Source: Nitrosopumilus sp.
GTDB taxonomy: Archaea > Thermoproteota > Nitrososphaeria > Nitrososphaerales > Nitrosopumilaceae
Direction of reading: 5' to 3'
Assembly (NCBI GenBank): GCA_965205425.1
Contig: CBDBGZ010000008.1
Coordinates: 32,001-96,000, forward strand
DNA length: 64,000 nucleotides
The notes under the pieces: generated by a model
The model's input: only the letters and a program-made list of their open reading frames with translations
Database searches by the model: none
What the model was told of the DNA's origin: nothing
Part shown: positions 56,272 to 64,000 of the stretch, in pieces
How the letters are laid out: each line of letters starts with the position of its first letter
Numbering within the stretch: position 1 is the first letter of the stretch
Made by a program: the position numbers and the translations under genes

Positions 56272-58919
56272 AAGTAATTGTTTTACTAGTTGTTGTATTT
56301 CTCGGAATACTTGTTGCTGAAGCAGAAGCTGTGTGCAGTGATGGAAATTGTAGAGCAGTACAGCGTCATGCTACTCTTAATGCAGACTATACTGGTTCAC
56401 AATATGATATCAAAATACCTGATCTCTTCATTGATGATACAAACTGTGAAAACAAGGGCGCTCTTGCTGCCACCTGGATGATTATAGAGCCTACTGAAGA
56501 TGGAACTCCACAATGGATGGAAACTGGTGTAACTGTTGGTTGGATTTTAAACAATGACCATGGCAGAAGTGATGCTGAATGTATAACTAGAGAATCTGCA
56601 TACTATGCTTTTGCCTCTAAGAATAATGCCGGGGAGAGAATATACGTAGAACAAAATGCAGACCCACACGGTGATAGGATAGGTATAGAAAAACATTTCA
56701 GAATAGAGAAATTAAATAATCATTTTATTGCTTATTATGGAGATTCAAATACACAGGTTTCGACAAGAGATTTTAATTTTAGGGATTCAAACACGGGAAT
56801 CTCTGTCGACTATGGAGTTGAAGGTAGTATCTCGCCAATACTTGAATACTCTACAATCCCCAATGTGATATTCACTGGTGCGCAGTATGAAACTGAGAAT
56901 GTCTGGCACGACATAAGCTCATCTACTGTAACCTCAATTAATGATGAAAGCGACGGATACAAGTCCCAGTTTTGCTCTAATGGTTCTCTGGCAGCAGGAG
57001 CTGTAACTGAACTGTCTTGCAGATCAGAAATTATTCCAAACACTCCGCCACGTCATACTGCTACAAATCTATTTACATCTACTGGAACTCCTATACTAAT
57101 CCCGCTCACTGCAACTGACACAGATAATGATTATCTAAAATATACTCTAACTGGTCATCCCACAAATAGTGACGGTGCTGGCACATTGAATTTTGTAAGT
57201 CGCGGACAACCAATCCCAAATACTGATGAAACAAGTACAGAGCTTCTCTTTACACCTGTAAGGGTAGGAAGCAGTTCTTTTAATTATACAGTTACTGATG
57301 GAAGAACAGGCCATGATGTTACAAATATCATAACAGTTGACATAACAAGCCTTGATGATATATCCACACCTGATATTTTTTATGAAGCATTTGAAAGTGG
57401 TCTTGGTAATTGGATAGTGGCAAATGATGATGATGGTGACACTCACGATTATGATTTTTGGAGGACAGATACTGACGGTGAGCCCACACCAATTGATGGA
57501 GATTATGCATACATCCAGGATTGCGATACAGGCTGTACCATAACAATGAGAAATTCAGTTAATATCTCAGATACATCATCACCAAAACTAGAAGCTGATA
57601 TCTGGATTGATGGAATTAGAGACCGTGATGAAGACTTTTACAATCTGGAGATATTTTATAACAATAATTGGATAACCCTTGATTCTTACACCCGGGATAA
57701 TATTTCAAGAGGTGTATGGCATGACTATTCCAAAGATTTGTCACCTTACAAAAGTAATGATTTTAAATTTAGATTAAATGTTCAAGGTGAAGGAAATACT
57801 GATTATCACGGTATAGATAATATCAGAATATATGATTTTGTACAGACATCACCTGCAATAGTTACTGACTTGTTATCAACACCTACCGTATCATCAAATA
57901 CATTGACTTGGAGCACTCCAAATGACGGCAATTCAGACATTACAGGCTATAGAATCCAAAGAGCAGTCGACACCCCAACTAGATTTACCATTCTAGAGAG
58001 TAGCTACGGCTCTGCATCAACTGTATCATATGTTGATACTAGTGTGACTTCGGGTTCTACATACTATTATAAAATCAGTGCAAGAAATGATCAAGGAATA
58101 GCTACTGAAAGTCAATTTGCATCTGCAACTATTCCCCATCCTCCAACTGCTCCTGTAATATCTTCAATATCTGATATCACACTATCGGAGACAGATACTG
58201 CAATAGTTACAGTTACTGTATCTGATATCAACAGAGATGTTAGCAGCATTACATTTACCGGACTTGCAAGCTTTGTTACAATAGAGAGTACAACTCAAAA
58301 CACATCCACATTATTGATATCTCCAAACCTTGAGAGCTCCGGAGTTTATGACATAGTTGCAACTGCAACTGATTCTGGAGGCAGATCAGATACAGAACAA
58401 TTTAGATTGACCATTACTGATTATGTTATGCCTGTTGTATTGCCTCCCGTATTCACAAGCATGCAAAATGACATTACAGAAATAATTGATTCGGGAAATT
58501 CCACAATAGTATCATTTGATACACCAACTGCAGACAAGGGGACAGTTATCTGCAATCCATCTTCTGGCAGCTTGTTTGGTATTGGTACAACTGTAGTTAC
58601 ATGTACGGCCACATCTAACAGTACATCATCTTCCATCAGCTTTAATGTAATGGTACAGTCATCATCAGATGTTGAAGATCCAGTCCTTGTCATACCAACT
58701 GATAAAATATTTGAAGCCATTGCAAGATCAACTATTCTGACTGATTTACAGATTGGAACATCTACTGCAACTGACAATCGAGATTCATCGCCAATCATTA
58801 CAAATGATTCACCAGCATCATTCCCACTTGGCATTACAACTATAACTTGGACTGCAACTGATGCTGCAGGTAACACTGCAACTGACACTCAAATAATTAC
58901 TATCAGGAACTCGTCCTAA
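56268..58919 (+). CDS. secreted multidomain protein (N-terminal beta domain, Ig/cadherin-like, jelly-roll, FN3, HYR x2), possibly 3'-truncated
   Basis: Signal peptide, TATDTDND, WSTPNDGNSDITGYRI (FN3), FPLGITTITWTATDAAGN (HYR). An IS end follows immediately. Confidence 0.8.
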   Translation: MKVIVLLVVVFLGILVAEAEAVCSDGNCRAVQRHATLNADYTGSQYDIKIPDLFIDDTNCENKGALAATWMIIEPTEDGTPQWMETGVTVGWILNNDHGRSDAECITRESAYYAFASKNNAGERIYVEQNADPHGDRIGIEKHFRIEKLNNHFIAYYGDSNTQVSTRDFNFRDSNTGISVDYGVEGSISPILEYSTIPNVIFTGAQYETENVWHDISSSTVTSINDESDGYKSQFCSNGSLAAGAVTELSCRSEIIPNTPPRHTATNLFTSTGTPILIPLTATDTDNDYLKYTLTGHPTNSDGAGTLNFVSRGQPIPNTDETSTELLFTPVRVGSSSFNYTVTDGRTGHDVTNIITVDITSLDDISTPDIFYEAFESGLGNWIVANDDDGDTHDYDFWRTDTDGEPTPIDGDYAYIQDCDTGCTITMRNSVNISDTSSPKLEADIWIDGIRDRDEDFYNLEIFYNNNWITLDSYTRDNISRGVWHDYSKDLSPYKSNDFKFRLNVQGEGNTDYHGIDNIRIYDFVQTSPAIVTDLLSTPTVSSNTLTWSTPNDGNSDITGYRIQRAVDTPTRFTILESSYGSASTVSYVDTSVTSGSTYYYKISARNDQGIATESQFASATIPHPPTAPVISSISDITLSETDTAIVTVTVSDINRDVSSITFTGLASFVTIESTTQNTSTLLISPNLESSGVYDIVATATDSGGRSDTEQFRLTITDYVMPVVLPPVFTSMQNDITEIIDSGNSTIVSFDTPTADKGTVICNPSSGSLFGIGTTVVTCTATSNSTSSSISFNVMVQSSSDVEDPVLVIPTDKIFEAIARSTILTDLQIGTSTATDNRDSSPIITNDSPASFPLGITTITWTATDAAGNTATDTQIITIRNSS

Positions 58920-58925
58920 AACAGA

Positions 58926-58955
58926 TCATTTTGTAAATAATTATGCCCAAGTCTC
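58926..58955 (+). mobile_element. solo end of the IS982/IS5-like element
   Basis: TTTTGTAAATAATTATGCCCAAGTCTC matches the 11249 terminus. Confidence 0.7.
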
Positions 58956-58978
58956 AAGTATTTCCACATGGATTGTAG

Positions 58979-58997
58979 TGCGGGAGGTGGGATTTGA
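58979..58997 (-). other. 3' fragment of a tRNA (Leu-like); probable att-site scar
   Basis: Minus strand reads TCAAATCCCACCTCCCGCA (T-loop plus acceptor 3' strand), with no 5' half nearby. Confidence 0.5.
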
Positions 58998-59310
58998 GAT
59001 TTACATGTTGGGCTTGAATCTCAGAAAGACGTAGATTTTGCCACATGACTAGAAAATTTAGCTTTAATTGAGGATATCATGATCCATTTGCTAAATTCAA
59101 CAGTATTGATACTGCAATTGTTTGGTTTTGAGCACAAAGTTCCTACTTTGCCATATTTGTCGTAGAATTCTTGTTTATTTTTAAAATCTATGTTATACTT
59201 GCATGAAAACAACCATGTTAAACAAGCTTGTTAGCATACTAGTAAAACACACATGTTATACATGGTTTGAATAAAAAATAGCATAACAAAAACGACTCTT
59301 ACTACCCTGG

Positions 59311-59370
59311 CTTTACAGCAAGTCTCTAATTTAACACCATGTTGAAAAGATCCTGAGATTCAACAGTGTA
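59311..59370 (-). mobile_element. solo IS/MITE end (TACACTGTT family)
   Basis: AAGTCTCTAATTTAACA...GTTGAAAAGATCCTGAGATTCAACAGTGTA. Confidence 0.65.
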
Positions 59371-59377
59371 GGTGAAT

Positions 59378-60076
59378 CTATTGCCCGGTCTCAGATAATA
59401 ACATGTCTCTTGTTTCAATCATTTTTAAAGTCATTTCTTCGTTACCCTTACTTATTGATTCATTTACTGCATCCAAGTATAGTTTAGCAGGGTTGTCATA
59501 ATGCACTTTATCTATGTATGATTGAATATATTGTGTTCCATCTAATTCAGCTGTAATATCATACCGTGATGAAAATCCATTTATAATGTATTTGTCGTCA
59601 TGATCTGAATTTTTTTCGATCAAGTAAAAATGCTTATCACCAATATTGTAGGTTTGAACATCCTCACGATAAAACATTGTTTTTACACCATCACTTTCAC
59701 CAATCTTACCACTTGCCCAATCATACACAATTAATTTTTCACTAAAATTTCCTGTGGTATCTTTAAAATAATGATCAACGACCAACATGATTTTTTGATA
59801 TGGTCGTTTTTCCGTATGTGCGATATACTCATTACCATTCTCATCTATATCTATACCAGTATTTGATTCAAGTAATTCTATACCTACATCTTCAACTGTA
59901 GCTACTGCTATGATCTCCACACCGGAGATTTTCCAATCAAAAGACATATTCGAATTATACTGTGAAACACCATATGAAGTATTTACATATGAATTTTCAT
60001 TTATGTATATTGCAGATGATGTACTAATTACCATCACACCAATTAAGATAGATAATAGAGTTTTTTTATTCGTCAT
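59378..60076 (-). CDS. N-terminally anchored/secreted partner protein
   Basis: N-terminal hydrophobic helix; 4-bp ATGA overlap with the upstream metalloprotease. Confidence 0.7.
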   Translation of the reverse strand: MTNKKTLLSILIGVMVISTSSAIYINENSYVNTSYGVSQYNSNMSFDWKISGVEIIAVATVEDVGIELLESNTGIDIDENGNEYIAHTEKRPYQKIMLVVDHYFKDTTGNFSEKLIVYDWASGKIGESDGVKTMFYREDVQTYNIGDKHFYLIEKNSDHDDKYIINGFSSRYDITAELDGTQYIQSYIDKVHYDNPAKLYLDAVNESISKGNEEMTLKMIETRDMLLSETGQ

Positions 60077-60798
60077 GGATATTTAGAACCTATTTTATTT
60101 TTGTCTGCTGTTGATAAATCGTATCCAAAGTTGGATCCGCATTGATATCCGTTGAATCTTAGATCTGTTGAAACACTATTATGATCAATACCAATCACAT
60201 GTAGTAATTCGTGTCCTAGGGTCTTTTCAATGTCTCTTTGTGTAGGTTGATTGTCTATATTGCATATTTCTGTTATATCCCAATTCATGGAATTATGTGA
60301 ATTTACATTTAATATCATTTTCTTAAAATGATTATCTTTTGTTATACAATGCCATAAAAATTGATTGATGCAATGGAGTTCATAATCTGTAAATCCAATA
60401 TTCCCAAGACTCCCGTAATTTGTTGATGTAATATAGTTATCAGATGCTGCTACTTTATCAAAACTAATTTTTTTGTTAATGTTGTCAAATCGTGTTTCTA
60501 TTGTGCTTATTTCTGATGATACATTTGCTTTTGTAACACCTGAGTTAGAAATATTATTTAGAATTTTGATTTCTACGGCACACTTATCACTGTTCGTTCC
60601 TGTCCCACAATTAAGATAATCTGTATGTCCATCTGTTAAAGTTCTAGACCACGTATGTCGTTCGAATTCTAAAAATTGATTAGAACCTTCATGTTTTGCA
60701 TATGCAGTATCTGCTGATGAAATAATGACGAGTGTAACACCCAATGTCATCAATATCAGTGAAAAGATACTGTTTTTTTCCAGCATTTTAGGAATCAT
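60073..60798 (-). CDS. secreted zinc metalloprotease (metzincin/matrixin-like)
   Basis: Signal ending AYA; HELLHVIGIDH (HExxHxxGxxH); LSTADK...KYP tail. Confidence 0.75.
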   Translation of the reverse strand: MIPKMLEKNSIFSLILMTLGVTLVIISSADTAYAKHEGSNQFLEFERHTWSRTLTDGHTDYLNCGTGTNSDKCAVEIKILNNISNSGVTKANVSSEISTIETRFDNINKKISFDKVAASDNYITSTNYGSLGNIGFTDYELHCINQFLWHCITKDNHFKKMILNVNSHNSMNWDITEICNIDNQPTQRDIEKTLGHELLHVIGIDHNSVSTDLRFNGYQCGSNFGYDLSTADKNKIGSKYP

Positions 60799-60900
60799 TA
60801 TTTCAAGAATGAATTTAAATGTTAGGTGATTGTAAACCTATTACCACCAACTATTTTTGAGTAATTATTGGAAAAAACAATCAACATAATTGAGTTATCT

Positions 60901-61053
60901 GAGACTTGGGCATAATTAATTCTAATTTTTGAGTCAATTCTCAAATTATTCAAATCAAAAAAGCTAAGGATCTTATCATGTTTTGTTCATTGGAATGTCA
61001 AAACAAATGAAAATCCCTGGCAACATAAGATGCCAGTCATTCCTTATTGGTGT
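60901..61053 (+). mobile_element. 5' end fragment of the IS982/IS5-like element
   Basis: Matches the reverse complement of 13330-13447, including the transposase start MKIP. Confidence 0.8.
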
Positions 61054-61288
61054 TTTGTATCTGTACTGTCTAACAAATATTCATGACCCAAAATCTTCCA
61101 AATTATGCTAATTCCTGAAATTTAAACTTGAATCTACAATGTACGTAAATCGAGTTCAGAATAGGGTGACGAATTTTTGTTATTGAGTATAACTGACCAT
61201 TCCATCACCAGAATTGACAATTAGTTGGAAATCTGCCTAGTTCTGACCAAAGTAAATTTCTTTATCTGTGCAATAATATATTCTACTT

Positions 61289-61600
61289 TTATTCTAATTT
61301 TTTTCTGCGATTCTCTAAAAATCTATTAATATAATGTGCAATTGGAATCCAGAATACAAGATTAGTGATTGGTATCAAAACATAAGCAAGTTCATCATAA
61401 TATTGAAAATTAAAATCTCTATGGGTTTTGCTATGCTCCAATACCATTTCATATGGAAAAATAGCAAGGGTGTTTGGGATTATATTAAGATAAAATGTAT
61501 ACTGATTCTGTAAATCAAGAACAGCTGGAATGATGACTGAGAAAATTCCAAAAAGCGGTAAACTAACAAACAGTATAATTTTTAATTTTTTCATAATCAA
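61289..61600 (-). CDS. small membrane protein (partner/immunity candidate)
   Basis: Two to three hydrophobic segments; starts right after the T-tract following 61614. Confidence 0.65.
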   Translation of the reverse strand: MIMKKLKIILFVSLPLFGIFSVIIPAVLDLQNQYTFYLNIIPNTLAIFPYEMVLEHSKTHRDFNFQYYDELAYVLIPITNLVFWIPIAHYINRFLENRRKKLE

Positions 61601-61613
61601 AAAAGAAAAAAGA

Positions 61614-62528
61614 TTAAGGTACTGAGATCTTGGATAGGGATCTGTTTGTGTCAGATGTATCCATCATATGGTTCCAAGTGTTGCTGACATAGATTGTTTG
61701 ACCTGGAACATACGACTTTGTTATTGTGGAATGACATCCACGTTGTAGCCCATCCAGACAATCATAACTATTTAAAGAACTCCACGTATCACCAAATATT
61801 ATTTGGTTGTTGTTCTTAATTACAAATGACTCGATATCAAATGTTCTGTTGAACATGAAGAATCGTACACTATCGTAAAATGAATCCAAATAAGGATGAT
61901 CCTCATCTAGAAAAGACAAAGTATACGTTCTTTCACAGGTTCCAGGACTGTCTTGGTATAATACAAGATACAAGTCATTATCGCCATTGTATGCATTGCC
62001 GTTGTGTATGCCGCCATCAATGTCTAGACGTAGTTGTTTGTATGTTGGATTTGTAGTACTTGAACATGCGGCACTTGCACTAGGAATACCAAACCAATCT
62101 AGAAAACTAACATCTATCCTATCTGCATAATCTGACTCTTGTAATGCTTTTAGTTTCTCGTCTTTTATTGTTTCATCAAAGATATAATTTTTTACAGCTG
62201 CAATCTCTACATCAGTCAGGTTTCTAGTTTCTGAATCCACACGGGCTTGTTCAATTACAGTACTAAAGAACTCGTCATATTCTGCCTTGATTTCATTAGA
62301 TTTTACTTGAAAATCTTTTGTATCTGCATCATCTATTAATTCTCGAATATCATCTTTGAACTCTTGTTTTGTTAGTTCATCAACAACTCCAACTGGTCCT
62401 ACCTCATCTGTAGAATCCTCACCTGGTCCATTCTGAGCATCTGCAAAATCAATCATACTAAACGGTAGAATCATTGCAGTAATTATTCCTGCAAACAAAA
62501 TTGTCTGTACTTTTTTATCATTTTTCAT
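61614..62528 (-). CDS. secreted pre-pro-protein (family A effector candidate)
   Basis: Signal TILFAGIITAMILPFSMIDFADA, VGPVGVV motif, C-terminal domain shared with 6938. Confidence 0.75.
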   Translation of the reverse strand: MKNDKKVQTILFAGIITAMILPFSMIDFADAQNGPGEDSTDEVGPVGVVDELTKQEFKDDIRELIDDADTKDFQVKSNEIKAEYDEFFSTVIEQARVDSETRNLTDVEIAAVKNYIFDETIKDEKLKALQESDYADRIDVSFLDWFGIPSASAACSSTTNPTYKQLRLDIDGGIHNGNAYNGDNDLYLVLYQDSPGTCERTYTLSFLDEDHPYLDSFYDSVRFFMFNRTFDIESFVIKNNNQIIFGDTWSSLNSYDCLDGLQRGCHSTITKSYVPGQTIYVSNTWNHMMDTSDTNRSLSKISVP

Positions 62529-62762
62529 GTTATTGTCACATCGCAAAAATTATTCCAATATAAAGATAACTTAGACATGGGCATAATCAATTACAAAAAA
62601 CAAAACCAAAAAATAATTATTATCAAATTGATTTTGTTTTAATCAACATAATCTAATGTATATTCAATATGACTTTACAATTCCATGATATTATTCCATC
62701 ATAGAAAGTGGGATAAAGTAATATGGATTATATGTTAGGATTTTACCGTATTAAATAATAAC

Positions 62763-63536
62763 ATGAAAAATTTAACAAAAAAGACACAAACAATTTTGTT
62801 TGCAGGAATAATTACTGCAATGATTCCTGCCCTTTAGTACGATGAATGTCGTAGATGCTCAGAATGGACCAGGTGAGGATTCTACAGATGAGATTGGACC
62901 AGTAGGAGTTGTTGATGAATTAACAGTACTAGATTCTGTATTAGATGACTATTTAGAGGAATTAGAAGTTGAACAAGATGTAGAATATACAGAATATTTG
63001 GATACTGCAATTACTAGATTAGAAATTGCAAAAGCAATGATGCAGGTTTCAAAAAATTCTACTGATATTGCAATGAAATATCAAAACCACACTGTTCTAG
63101 AACTGCTTGTCCTTCTTGATCAAACATATGGACCTGAGGATTATCCTGCAACTAACAGTGATAACAATTCAACACATACAAACATAGACATGCTAACTGA
63201 AAATAATCATGTATCTGGACTTTATTTTGTTAGTCATAGTACGCCAGAAGTTGATGTGTTGAATTACAACAACCATCACCAAAAACAATATGATTGTATG
63301 GACAGAATAACCCTTACAGGTAAATCTTTATCTGTCTTAACATCATACTCAGACAACACTGCAACGATTACTGGTACATTTGATTATCCAGAAGATATGG
63401 ATAAAAATATCAGAGAACGAAGAAGTAATGAATGCTTGAGTTTTGAACACGATGAAACAGTAAAACGACATGATGTTATGATATCCCTTGATCCTAGAGA
63501 AATAATACGAGCTCAAGTGTGTACTTTGACGGAATC
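62763..63536 (+). pseudogene. secreted pre-pro-protein with a +1 frameshift in the signal peptide and 3' truncation by ISH3
   Basis: MKNLTKKTQTILFAGIITAMI, then an extra C near 62826; continues as ORF 62842 with QNGPGEDSTDEIGPVGVVDELT. Confidence 0.75.
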
Positions 63537-64000
63537 CAGTAGATGGGAAAGTAACTCAATTTAGATCAAAAACTATCAATTATTCAATCAATCTATTCAG
63601 ATAGAAAAAGCTTGATGAAAGTATGTCACTCCATCAAATATGCATTGTACTTCATTTGATACCATGACACACCAAGGCGTGATACTATCTAAAGCATTTG
63701 AGATTATCACTAAAATAATGTACAATATCTTATTGTTTCCATGCTCTAGTAAAAATAACTCACGGTTCCACAATGCAGACGCACATAATTCTATCATGTC
63801 ATTGTGTTTGGGAAATTCATATTCTGAATCTGGATTAAAGAGACTGGCAATGGAATCAGATAATGCTTCTCCAACTGGTTTCATGGTTGAGAAAAATCAT
63901 ATCAAAAATATCACAAAAAACAATGCAAATTCAATTACATCAGTCACTAGATAGTACCATATCAAAATTACAAGAATTGGGAGTATTGGAACAACCAGTT
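63537..64000 (+). mobile_element. ISH3-like element (partial, frameshifted variant)
   Basis: TIR CAGTAGATGGGAAAGTAACT; same +1 T as the 41959 copy; runs off the window. Confidence 0.9.

Noticed and set aside
58421..58888. 155-aa minus-strand ORF (also 51328, 26892, 4709)
   Set aside because: These are antisense shadows of well-supported genes and have no recognisable motifs.

Overview
This is an AT-rich archaeal window that looks like Nitrosopumilaceae (Thaumarchaeota), based on two TFBs, TBP, a pyruvoyl arginine decarboxylase, and Nitrosopumilus-style MetRS/AhcY/PepF. Three intact housekeeping blocks (about 20.0-29.2, 36.0-36.7 and 44.6-51.8 kb) are separated by accessory islands. By my tally of element coordinates, roughly 30% of the window is IS-derived: ISH3-like x5, IS110 x3 plus a fragment, IS630 x3, IS481 x3, IS66-like, IS1595, IS982/IS5-like, a SWIM-IS6-like element, MITEs and solo ends. 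Two signals stand out. (1) The islands repeatedly carry a cassette of a secreted pre-pro-protein with a swappable C-terminal domain followed directly by a small membrane or secreted partner gene. Signal, pro- and effector modules are shuffled between copies, which suggests a candidate archaeal polymorphic effector/immunity system. (2) Two tandem IS110 elements have structured 3' non-coding regions whose loop sequences match their own ends and flanks, making them candidate archaeal bridge RNAs. A SNF2 helicase + DUF3883-like nuclease operon (candidate defence locus) is cut by the left edge. All family assignments come from motif recognition by eye; no searches were run.
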